Shown here: positions 47,336 to 57,370 of the stretch, piece after piece
Layout: each line of letters starts with the position of its first letter
Numbering within the stretch: the first letter of the stretch is position 1
Source: Tetramitus jugosus
Lineage: Eukaryota; Protista; Heterolobosea
Length of the DNA stretch: 64,000 nt
NCBI GenBank assembly: GCA_937625935.1
Contig: OW569345.1
Location: 124,001 to 188,000 of the forward strand
Direction of reading: 5' to 3'
Position numbers and translations under genes: made by a program
The notes under the pieces: generated by a model
Seen by the model: only the letters and a program-made list of their open reading frames with translations
Told to the model about the DNA's origin: nothing
Database searches by the model: none

Positions 47336-48260
47336 TTCCCTCCTGCAAGGTCGGAGCAAGGTCGTATGAGGTGCTGAAAGTGTTAATATCCCAAATGGAT
47401 GGATGTGGATGTGGAGGGAAAAGGTCCACCGAAGGTGCAGAACCGGCATTGTACAAAGGAAATCTGCATGTGGAAAGTAGATCGCATCTCCAGTCGTTGT
47501 TTGATCAAGAAAGAAGTGCAAGAATAGATGAAGACGAGCGATGTTGGCTACAGAGGGCAGCAAATAACAGTGGTGCAGATTTTAGCTTCATCAAATACCC
47601 ACATGGTATAGACAGGAAGCTGGAGTGGTTCCATGCACAGGTACGCAGTGGCACACTCCACACAGCAGAAGTTGTACGATATATGTACAACACTGGTGAG
47701 GAACAGGTCAATTGCAGCTGGTGTCAGAAGGAGCCCGAAAGTGTGCTGCATTGCTTGATAAGGTGTCCAAGGGCCATTATGGTTAGAAGGCAATTGGCTG
47801 TGAAAGTGGGACATGAGCTCAAGAAGATGGGAATCCCCGAATCTGCCTACGTCGATGTCTGGTTCGATGAGGTGCGACTGAAGGAAGGAAAAGTTGTGAG
47901 GCAACCGCTCAAAAAGTCTAGCCGTGAACTGCTGCAAGGAATGATGGGTATAGAAACGGACGCCATCATGGAAGTCGCTGAAGGCCTTGTGTCTGGAGGA
48001 ATGAAGAAGACGCTGGCACAGAAGAAAGCCAAAACATATGTGAACAGTGTCAAGAGGAGATGTCTCAAGACTCTCCACCACCTGTTCATTACAACGAAGG
48101 ATAAATGTAATCAACGGCAATGACGCTTTCCGGCGTCATTGCCTACCAACTGGAAGCTAACCAGGCCCACGCTCTTCGAGCGTAGGCAAGTGAATAAGCA
48201 AAGATAATAAAAAGAGCAACCGAAATGGTTGTATTAAAAAAAAAAAAAAAAAAAAAAAAA
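47336..48260 (+). mobile_element. 5'-truncated non-LTR retrotransposon (copy 1), inserted 49 nt upstream of tRNA-Phe
   Basis: Frame open from the 5' junction to 48123 with CSWC-x7-H-x4-C (CCHC zf-RVT-type motif typical of L1-group ORF2 C-termini); AATAAA; A25 tail; flanked by AATGATGGTG at 47326-47335 and 48259-48268. Confidence 0.9.
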
Positions 48261-48275
48261 TGATGGTGACTGTGT

Positions 48276-48356
48276 CAACTGACTCGTCTCGAATAACCTT
48301 CAATTTTGCACCGCGAGTGTTACAGAGCTGTGCCAATTGCTTAATCTCTTGATAGA
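48276..48356 (-). pseudogene. deoC: deoC fragment (duplicated remnant, with 2-bp deletion)
   Basis: Encodes YQEIKQLAQLCNTRGAKLKVI, matching the deoC region at 6562-6644. Confidence 0.9.
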
Positions 48357-48916
48357 TCAAGTTGCTGCTGATGGTTGTTACTTTCTTCATGTTGCACCTT
48401 TGGCTTTTTCCTTATCCTCTTTCTCTTCTTATTTGTGTTGTGCTGCTGCTGTTGTGGTTGATCATTCTTTTCACTCTTCTGCTGTTCTTGCTGTTGTGGT
48501 TGTTCTTGATCTGGAGCAGTTATCTGATAACCACCATTCTTCTTCTCCTCCTCCACAGATGTGTCATCTCGTAAATCTTGTTGTTGTTGCTGTTCACGTG
48601 AGTCGGCTGCCTCTTCTTTTTCTGGCTTGTTCTTCTTTTCCTTTTTCCTCTTTCGTTTGAGAGCTTTGCTTATTCGCTTCTCTTCAATCTCCAGTTTTCT
48701 CTGCTCCAGTTTCTCATTAAACTCCTTTTCTGCTCGTTCCTGTTTCCATTCGAGCTCCATTTGCTCTTCTCTCATCATTTGCTTCTTTCGAAGCTTTCCA
48801 TAGGTGTGAAATTCTCCGGAACCAGCACCGGCAGTGGAAGAACTGGTTTGTTTAATTTCCAGATCGGCTCTGTGTATCAGTGGAACATCGGCCGTAGGGT
48901 CAGACGATGAGGACAT
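48341..48916 (-). CDS. PRKRIP1: PRKRIP1-like protein copy B, C-terminus replaced at the deletion junction
   Basis: Near-identical to 5404-6021 with the conserved domain intact; ends QQQLDLSRD-stop by reading into the deoC remnant. Confidence 0.75.
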   Translation of the reverse strand: MSSSSDPTADVPLIHRADLEIKQTSSSTAGAGSGEFHTYGKLRKKQMMREEQMELEWKQERAEKEFNEKLEQRKLEIEEKRISKALKRKRKKEKKNKPEKEEAADSREQQQQQDLRDDTSVEEEKKNGGYQITAPDQEQPQQQEQQKSEKNDQPQQQQHNTNKKRKRIRKKPKVQHEESNNHQQQLDLSRD

Positions 48917-49079
48917 GTTGCGAATTCGTTGTTTTCTGTGTCTGTCTGTGATCGCTTTTTATCGCATGCTTCATTGAAGAAATTCGGTTCGTTTTGTCGG
49001 CTTAATCGCGTTGCCGCCTTCCAGCATTTTGTTGACTTAAAGATGGTGCTTGTTCTTTTTTTTCTGAATAGACAAAGAG

Positions 49080-52061
49080 ATGAAGAGAGCACTGGATGAC
49101 AACCAGGTAGCTCAAGAGAGTAGTGGAGCTCCACTAGCCAAAAAAATCAAGCAACAACAGCCAAATTCTTCCCTTCATTCGTCCATTCAACTTGCCAAAC
49201 AGTCGATTGAAGCATTGAAGCAAGTGTTGCTCACCAACCAAGCAACTACCATCTCCCCGTCAGACGAGGATCAAGATGAAATTTCTGCTCTTTTTGACCA
49301 AGTTGAGCAATTGAAAACTCAATTCTACAGTCAAACCAATTTGTCACGGTCTGTTGTTTTGAATGGTGGCACGAGTGGCAATGGTGAGGAGGATGACAAG
49401 GAACGTGTCTACGTGCGTCGTTTTCTCACGGACAACTTGCTGGCCAGTATTTTTCATTTTTTGACTTCGGATGATGTGATTCTGGGCCAATTCGTGTGTA
49501 AACAGTGGTACTATGCCTTGTCCAAGAGTGTAGCATTGACCACGTTTGCCCCTTCACCTGATGATGCTCATGAAGAAATGTACAATGAGGGTTACCAGGC
49601 TCAACACTTCAAGTCCTATGGTTGGACAGAGAGAAAAGCTCTGCGGTATTTTGATCAGATGATACGCAATGAAGCACTGTTGGAGAGTGTTGCGACATCG
49701 GGTGAGATGTCATTTACACTGTTGCTGCACATTGCATCGAGAGCAACAGAACGAATGATTAGAGATAACGCTCGAAATGAGACCAATGGTTCCTCTGTCA
49801 ACAGAGTTAAGAATTTGTCAGTGTCCAACATTGCTTACCTCGGTGATGCAATTAGTGATAAGAGGTACTTGTCCCGAGTGGCCGCATGCTTTCCACAATT
49901 GAAGTCTTTCGATTTTGGAACATCAAAGTCGTACAAGATAGTGGAAGTGTTGCAAAGTTTTACAAACTTGAAGTCATTAGTGATCGATGAGACGTCATTT
50001 GTGTTGCCTAGAGAACTGAGACGAAAGTACAGGGAGGGAGAAGAAGAAGAAGAGGAAGAGGAGAGTGATGAAGAAGACGAAGAAAATTATGGAGGCATGG
50101 ATTATGGTGAGGAATTGTTGACCCCTGAAGTGGTTCATAAGCAATGTCTCAGAGCATCTCCTGACTTGACATTCTTCAATCAATTGGAGAAATTAGTGGT
50201 GAAAAGTCATACTTCATCGCTCTCTCTCATCTTGGCACTGCAGACGATGCCTAATCTACGTCATCTTGAAGTTACTATCGATTTTGAGTCACTGGATTCA
50301 GAGACAGATACGATTCAGTACATTGTAGATCAGATGAACCAGTGCATTATGGAAAAGTTGGTGTATTTGGATATTCGTATTTCCAATGTGATGAGTTCTA
50401 TGACCCAAATGCTAGTTGAAGCTATTGTATCTGCAATTGGAAGAGCAACCTCTCTCGAACATTTATCATTCGGGCCAGAAGAATGGAATGAAGAATTGAA
50501 TAGCCTCTTTATCAAGCACTGCTTGGATAAGATGTATGAAGCAAGCAATCTATCATTAAGGAGTCTTACTGTTGGAAGACCCTCCATCTATCCTAACACT
50601 TTCCAAAGGATATGCAACATAGTTTCCAAGCACAAAACAATCCACTCTCTCGATGTATGGGTGAGAAATCAAGGAGATGTTGCCAATATCGATGGTTGCA
50701 CTTGTTTGACCAAATTGCATCTCTCATCAACGGCCATAGGTCCAACCACTGTGCAGTACATTGAATCATTGTACAACTTGAAGGATTTGGCGATTGAGAG
50801 TAGTGTGAATATCGATTTTAGAAAGCTTCCAAAGCTTCACACTTTGGCTCTCCGTGGAAGGAGTCTATCGGTCGATATTTACTCCCCCTCTCTGATGTCT
50901 GTGAATTTATTTTCATGTTCCGTATCTAATGTCACGATAGCATGTCCTAACATGTATGACTTTGTCCCACCCGCTTCAGCAGTTTCTCTTAAGCTACTCT
51001 CATGCATCAAGTTAGCGAAGCTTTGTTCAGGAAGGGAGCTTCTTCAATGTCACATAGAGAATTGTCCAGTACTCTCTGTGTTAGATATGAAGTCCTCGAA
51101 TTCGCTGGCACAGCTAAATATTATTGATTGTCCCAGGATTCAGACCCTCGCCTTATCAACGAACAGTTTGGTGAGCTCGTACCACACACCGCGGTCGTTT
51201 ATCAATGTTGGTTCGAAAATGCTACGACAATTGCACCTCAACAATTGTGAGATTTCTCAACAATTCCTCGTGGATGTTTTCACAGACTCCTCAATCAACC
51301 TCGAATGTATTATGTTTGAACAAGTTATTTTTGATAGCTCCACATTTGATGGGGAGCTCTGGAGCAAGGAGAGAGTGAATACATCTGTAAGAGAACTTAC
51401 CATTAGCAGATTGCCAAACGGATCGAATTGTATACCATTTAAGTTATTGAGCACGTTAGTTCCGAATATCAAACGTCTCTCACTTTTATCTATCAATAGT
51501 CTGGAATCTGACACAGAGTTGGAAATGATAAAAGCACTCAACTCATGGACTCATTTGGACGACATTAACTTTGACAACTTAACATTCAAACCTTCAAACG
51601 AGTCAATGATGCAATCTCTCAATCTCTGTAGCTTGAAAACATTGAGACTATCACAGAATCAAGTTATCCATCTCACACTACCCTCATGTATTGCTCAGAC
51701 TATTCAATCATTGGAGGTGACTGGACTTTTGAATCCCAATGGCATTCAGTATCCCTGCCTTAAAACCTTATGTATGATGAATTATTCTTACCATCACTGG
51801 GATAGCGCAATTATTGCCGGTACATTACAATCCTTGTCTCTGTTCCCTGAACTTGAGCGACTCGAATTGAAGGTAGTGTCTCTGGCTCCAACACAAATTA
51901 GGGACACATTGAAGTCATTGGTGCAACAAATTCCAAAGTTGAAAGCTGTGACTTTTAAGTTGAATTTTTATTTAGATGACGAACCACCTCCCGAGCCCAT
52001 TTCTCTCTACGATGAACTCCATACAGAATATCCAGCTCTAGAGATCATGATCCATACATAA
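49080..52061 (+). CDS. F-box / leucine-rich-repeat protein (copy B, 993 aa)
   Basis: Paralog of 2406-5243 with an extra 42 in-frame codons (49170-49295). Confidence 0.87.
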   Translation: MKRALDDNQVAQESSGAPLAKKIKQQQPNSSLHSSIQLAKQSIEALKQVLLTNQATTISPSDEDQDEISALFDQVEQLKTQFYSQTNLSRSVVLNGGTSGNGEEDDKERVYVRRFLTDNLLASIFHFLTSDDVILGQFVCKQWYYALSKSVALTTFAPSPDDAHEEMYNEGYQAQHFKSYGWTERKALRYFDQMIRNEALLESVATSGEMSFTLLLHIASRATERMIRDNARNETNGSSVNRVKNLSVSNIAYLGDAISDKRYLSRVAACFPQLKSFDFGTSKSYKIVEVLQSFTNLKSLVIDETSFVLPRELRRKYREGEEEEEEEESDEEDEENYGGMDYGEELLTPEVVHKQCLRASPDLTFFNQLEKLVVKSHTSSLSLILALQTMPNLRHLEVTIDFESLDSETDTIQYIVDQMNQCIMEKLVYLDIRISNVMSSMTQMLVEAIVSAIGRATSLEHLSFGPEEWNEELNSLFIKHCLDKMYEASNLSLRSLTVGRPSIYPNTFQRICNIVSKHKTIHSLDVWVRNQGDVANIDGCTCLTKLHLSSTAIGPTTVQYIESLYNLKDLAIESSVNIDFRKLPKLHTLALRGRSLSVDIYSPSLMSVNLFSCSVSNVTIACPNMYDFVPPASAVSLKLLSCIKLAKLCSGRELLQCHIENCPVLSVLDMKSSNSLAQLNIIDCPRIQTLALSTNSLVSSYHTPRSFINVGSKMLRQLHLNNCEISQQFLVDVFTDSSINLECIMFEQVIFDSSTFDGELWSKERVNTSVRELTISRLPNGSNCIPFKLLSTLVPNIKRLSLLSINSLESDTELEMIKALNSWTHLDDINFDNLTFKPSNESMMQSLNLCSLKTLRLSQNQVIHLTLPSCIAQTIQSLEVTGLLNPNGIQYPCLKTLCMMNYSYHHWDSAIIAGTLQSLSLFPELERLELKVVSLAPTQIRDTLKSLVQQIPKLKAVTFKLNFYLDDEPPPEPISLYDELHTEYPALEIMIHT

Positions 52062-52320
52062 AAGATTTGGAACCTTATCAGTTTTATTCTGCTAGATTCG
52101 GAATGTACTTTTCAAACTCAAAACAGTTCAATCCAATGCTTCTCGCTGGCTTTTGAGTGCAATCTCACTGAGCCATGACCCCATGATATCCTGGTAATTC
52201 CTGTTTTAGACATTATTCGTGTAAAAACGCAGAAAACAGGCGAATGAATGATTCAAGTTGAATCGAGCCACAGAACAATCGGAATCGCCTAAGATATACA
52301 AATAGATCACTAATTTATTC

Positions 52321-54525
52321 TCAGTTACCTTCTTGTGCATTCCTGTACCGAAGGTACTTGAAAAAGAAACATCCACAGCTTCCACTCACTGCCCCCAATC
52401 CAATCAGACTGATAGAACCAAACAACATTGGCAACAAGATGTGAGTATATGTTATTCCAGGCCCCAATCCATCCAATTTCACCCCCAGCAGAACGAGACT
52501 GAGTAACGTAGGAATGCAAGTACAAGGCAGTAGAAAACCAGAACCGATAAAAGAAATATTAGTACAGTTATTCATTCCACCCGGTAGCCAAATCGATAAC
52601 AATGTGCTCATTGCACAAGTAAAGGATGCCAGTGTCAACATCAAGTATGAAGGGATGAATATGAATAGCCACTTTGTTTCCTCCAGTATGATCTGATCCA
52701 ATTTGCCGCATATCATCGCTGCCTGACAACTTAATAGGATGTTGAATGAGCATGAAAGAAGGTAAATGAGCATTATTGTAACAGCATGCTTCTTTGATAA
52801 TTCCTCTATCTCTCCCCGTAAGATTTCTTTCCATGATTCGGTAGAGCATATGAAATGAGACAAAATAGGACCCACTCCTATTACTATGCCCATTAAATAG
52901 ATTGGAATCGGAATTATTGAGTACGGCCCTCTGTTCGGTAGAAGTATTAACTTGAATAGAGCACATAGAACCATTAGAGGGATGGAAGAAGCAGACCAAA
53001 GGACGATATTGATGATCGATATGAGAGATCGATCCTCGCTGAATTGAATAAAATCGAATTGATGGGCTGTCTTTGTTATGTTTGAAAAACCATTCTCCAT
53101 AGCACTGATGTACTGATTCTGCTTGAAAGGATTCAACACTAAAGGATCCACAAGGAGACCAACTAGAGTGAACACAATTCCTGGACATGAAAGTAGTAAG
53201 AAGGGACAACTTATCAAGAACAGGTTCAACCTTGTTTGAGATATCATCTTCTCCAAGTACAATGCCAGAAGGAAAATCGATAGCGAAAACCCGATTGTGA
53301 ATACAAGAGGGGACAAAAAACCGTATCCGCACTGGTAAATTAATTGAGCGTGATGAACTCTCTGGAATAACCTTAAATGGTGTTTCTTCTGCTCAGCTCT
53401 TCGTTCCTTCTCTTTTAAGAATTCATAGAATCTCTCTCTAGATGTCGATTCTGTCCCAGTCAGATGAGTGGTCCACTCTGAATCGTACACGATTTGGTAA
53501 CACCCATTGCGCAGCAACTCATTCGTCCATAAAATATCGTTCATGGAAGCCAAGTACATTTTGGTGCTAGTTGCTCCCAATCTGGATAGATCTTTAATTT
53601 CCAAAAATGACATGATGTAATGCAGTAGGATTACATGCATGTTATTAATATTCCTCACATTGTGTGAGTACTCTGCAATCTCTTTGGAGTACATTGTGGG
53701 ATCCTGAACCTGAACGTTTTTCAATGGAAACATGCTGGTCTCAGAGTCTGAATCGTCATCTACATCGTCGATTGTATCATCCGTATCAGAATGTTCCACT
53801 GGCGCCACGAGGTGTTTCTTCAAAAAGGAGAAGGTTCCTTGTCGAGACAACTTTTTGGAGGATGAACTCTTGTCTCCCATTGTTGCTGCACTTCCGTTAA
53901 CCGAAATACTTCTTCTTCGAGACAAATTTGGAGAGCTATGATTAAGATCGAATTTAATGTTACTTAGAGGTCGCTGAGACATGGGACTTGCCGGAGGAAC
54001 ATTCTGATTGATCCTTAAGCTGTATCTTCTTCCAATTGCCCCCCTCCTCAGCAAATCACTGTCGGAAGTCTTTCTCTTCGATTGAGTTTCTAGATTTCTT
54101 AGACTCATAAGTCGGGTTAGTCTGTTCTTCTTGTTTCTGTCATTGTCATCCAACGGACTGTAAGAACTACTACTTTTTGAGAAGAATGAGGACGCTCTCT
54201 TCATGTTTTCACTCTGTTGATAATTGAGATCGAGTGAAGATCTCCTCACAGATGATTGATCATCACTAGACATCCTAATCTTCACACTATTGGATGGGGT
54301 TAAATGGAGACGAGAAACTTCAGGAGTTCTTGATAAAACCATCACCGAAGATGACCGTTTCTTTCTACTCGTGTTGTTTGTGAGCTCTGGAGTATTTCTG
54401 AGCTGCACGATATTGGCTATCGAAGAACTAGAATCATCACTGTCAGAGTCAGTGTCCACTTCCTTGACAAACACAATTCCTTCATTTCTATTCTGGATAA
54501 ACTCTTCTCTTGCTTTCGATGGCAT
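52321..54525 (-). CDS. F-box domain multi-pass membrane protein (TMEM185/Fragile-X-F-like TM region)
   Basis: F-box-like VILLHYIMSFLEIKDLSRLGATSTKMYLASMNDILW; about 8 TM segments with KLD...W..IFIP.Y pattern; Ser/Arg-rich N-terminus. Confidence 0.7.
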   Translation of the reverse strand: MPSKAREEFIQNRNEGIVFVKEVDTDSDSDDSSSSIANIVQLRNTPELTNNTSRKKRSSSVMVLSRTPEVSRLHLTPSNSVKIRMSSDDQSSVRRSSLDLNYQQSENMKRASSFFSKSSSSYSPLDDNDRNKKNRLTRLMSLRNLETQSKRKTSDSDLLRRGAIGRRYSLRINQNVPPASPMSQRPLSNIKFDLNHSSPNLSRRRSISVNGSAATMGDKSSSSKKLSRQGTFSFLKKHLVAPVEHSDTDDTIDDVDDDSDSETSMFPLKNVQVQDPTMYSKEIAEYSHNVRNINNMHVILLHYIMSFLEIKDLSRLGATSTKMYLASMNDILWTNELLRNGCYQIVYDSEWTTHLTGTESTSRERFYEFLKEKERRAEQKKHHLRLFQRVHHAQLIYQCGYGFLSPLVFTIGFSLSIFLLALYLEKMISQTRLNLFLISCPFLLLSCPGIVFTLVGLLVDPLVLNPFKQNQYISAMENGFSNITKTAHQFDFIQFSEDRSLISIINIVLWSASSIPLMVLCALFKLILLPNRGPYSIIPIPIYLMGIVIGVGPILSHFICSTESWKEILRGEIEELSKKHAVTIMLIYLLSCSFNILLSCQAAMICGKLDQIILEETKWLFIFIPSYLMLTLASFTCAMSTLLSIWLPGGMNNCTNISFIGSGFLLPCTCIPTLLSLVLLGVKLDGLGPGITYTHILLPMLFGSISLIGLGAVSGSCGCFFFKYLRYRNAQEGN

Positions 54526-54741
54526 GTGTTTCTTCGATTATGCTCGTTCTTAGTTCAGTGAAAGAACTTGATTCTTTCTGTGTTGGAAGACTCAGTAGTG
54601 GCCACTGAAGGGAAATAATCCCACCAGCCCAAAGAGAACTCAATGTCCCGGACCGATTGGAAAAAAAGTCGTAGTTGCGAGGCGGGAAGCTGGTTTTGGG
54701 TTAACCGTTTTGGTGAGCGATGACCGATCAAGGAATTGCTT

Positions 54742-57370
54742 TTATTGGACAAGGTCGCTCATGTCAGTATCTGTTTCGTGGTGTGGGGATACCAGTGGAT
54801 GAGGCGTGAACTGGAGCTTATCATCATACAATGTAACATCGACCATGCAATTATCTTTGATGCTGCCCTCAAGAATCATCCTTGACAGCGGATTAAGCAC
54901 TTCAGATGAAATGAGACGCTTGAGAGGCCTGGCTCCATAAACAGGATCATATCCCTTATCGGCCAACCAATTCAGAGCATCTTCGGTAAACACGAGTCGT
55001 ATGTGTCTCTCATCCAGCTGTTCCTCAATACGCTTCAATTGAATGTGTACAATCTTACCCATTTCATTTCGGGTCAGTCTGTTAAACAGAATAATATCAT
55101 CGATTCTGTTTAAAAACTCTGGAGGGAATCTTCTTCTCAGTTCAGCGTCGATGGAATCTCGGGCCGCCGATGAAGGAACACCTTCGGGCAAAGCAGCCAA
55201 GTAATCTGCACCAATATTCGACGTCATAATAATAATTGTGTTTCTAAAATCGATACGCCTGCCTTGAGAGTCCGTTAGATGTCCCTCATCGAGTATTTGT
55301 AGCAAGAGATTGGATACTTCCTTGTGAGCCTTCTCAAACTCGTCAAATAGAACTACTTGATAAGGCCTACGTCTAACAGATTCCAGCTGGCCTCCTTGTT
55401 CATAGCCGACATACCCCGGAGCTGCCCCGATCAATCGACTGACAGAGAACTTCTCCATATACTCTGACATATCGATCCTTGTCATTGCATTCTCGTCATC
55501 AAACAAAAATTCGGACAAGGCTTTACAGAGTTCGGTCTTTAGGTATTAATTGACACGTGTATAGATGTGTTGTGAGTGTGAGAGTCAGTACACAGCGTAT
55601 GCGAACAAGTACAAAAAAACAAGTGACAAATCATACAAACCTTTCCGGTGCCCGTAGGCCCGAGGAACAAGAATGAACCTTGTGGTCGATTGTGAGCATG
55701 CAATCCAGATCTAGATATTCTGACCGCGTTTGCAATTGCAATCAATGCGTCATCTTGACCTACAACACGATTTCTGAGATAGGACTCCATGTTCAACAGC
55801 TTCTCCTTTTCGCCAAGTAGCAAGTTCTCGAGAGGTACGCCTGTAGCTCTTGATACAACCAAGGAAATATCGTTTGCAGACACTGACTCATGCAATAGTT
55901 TCAAATGTTCATCATCTGCTTCATCCTCCTTTGGAAGTTGCTTCTCAATCTTTGGAATTTCCACATATTTGAGGGCAGATGCCGTGTTGTAATCAGCATG
56001 CCTCAGTGCCTTGTCAAGCTTATTGTTTAAGTCTTCCAATTGCTGCTTCAATGCCTTTCGATGTCTCAATTGCTCGCGCTCTTTGAGCCACACCTCTGTT
56101 AGCTCATTGCTCTTCTGTTGCAACGTTGATAATTGCTCTTCCAATTTTTCTCTACGCTCTGCACTCGCGGCATCCTTTTCATTCTTCAATGCTTCCAATT
56201 CAATCTTCTTTGTAATAATTTGTCGATCAAGCGTCTCCAATTCGATTGGTTTTGATTCTTGTTGCAATCGAAGTCCTGATGCCGCTTCATCCAACAGATC
56301 AATCGCCTTATCTGGCAAAAACCGATCAGTAATATAACGATTCGACAGGGTAGCGGCTGCTACAATGGCACCATCAGTCACACGAACTCCATGATGAGCC
56401 TCCAACTTTGGCTTCAAACCTCTCAGAATACTGATTGTGTCGACGACATTGGGTTCAGTAACTAACACTGATTGAAATCTTCTGGCCAATGCTGGATCCT
56501 TCTCAATATACTTTCGATATTCGTCCAGTGTAGTAGCACCAACGCAGTGCAGATCACCTCTGGCCAAAGCAGGTTTCAACATGTTACTGGCATCCATGGA
56601 ACCTCCTGCAGCGCCTGCACCGACCAAAGTATGCAATTCATCAATAAATAAAATTACTTCTCCACTGGTTTCTTCAATATCTTTCAACACGCCCTTGAGT
56701 CTCTCTTCGAACTCTCCTCGATACTTGGCACCGGCAACGAGTGCACCTAGATCCAATGCCACAACTCTCTTGTTTCGAATACTTTCCGGAACGTCTCCAT
56801 GGACTATTCTCTGTGCTAATCCTTCGATGATTGCCGTTTTTCCTGTAAAGACACCATTTGTGTGAGTGAACACATACACTTGATTATCATACGAGTGAAA
56901 TGAACACGAATTAAATACTTACCTACACCTGGATCACCAATCAAAACTGGATTATTCTTTGTTCTTCTACTAATGACTTGTAATGTTCTTCGAATAACAT
57001 CATCTCTTCCAATCACTGGATCCAACTTTCCATCCTTTGCTTTTTGAGTGAGATCAATACCATACTTTTCCAGGAATTCACCCTTCTTGTGAACTTGAGC
57101 ATCTGGATGGACCCACACGTTGCCTAGTGGTTGTTGACCATTGTTGCTTCGATGGTGATGAGATTCTTGATGAAATGATCGATGCTGTTGATGATTCCAC
57201 TCTAGAGAGAGAAACGTTGGATTGTTGGTGTGTCGATAGGTGGACACACTCTGTGGTGGAACACGTGGGAACTGAGCTGTTGTTGTTACACCTCTCTTCA
57301 TGATTGGTGAGCAGACTCCAGTTTGGAGTCTTTTGCTTGCTTGTTGAACTCTTGCAAATCTTTGAAGCAT
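54742..57370 (-). CDS. clpB: Mitochondrial ClpB/Hsp78 disaggregase; exons 57370-56923, 56842-55641, 55536-54742
   Basis: Presequence-like N-terminus, no Clp N-domain; [23 protein letters not shown]-domain coiled coil, [22 protein letters not shown]; two GT-AG introns within the Walker A motifs. Confidence 0.93.

Larger units (their letters stand above)
48276..52115. repeat. Copy B of the inverted segmental duplication (partner 2343-6644), with internal ~593-bp deletion
   Basis: 48276-48356 = revcomp 6562-6644; 48361 onward = revcomp 5968 downward; similarity ends at 52115/2343. Confidence 0.95.

Noticed and set aside
49170-49295. 126-bp indel between F-box paralogs as intron gain or loss
   Set aside because: No GT/AG boundaries; it is an in-frame coding segment.
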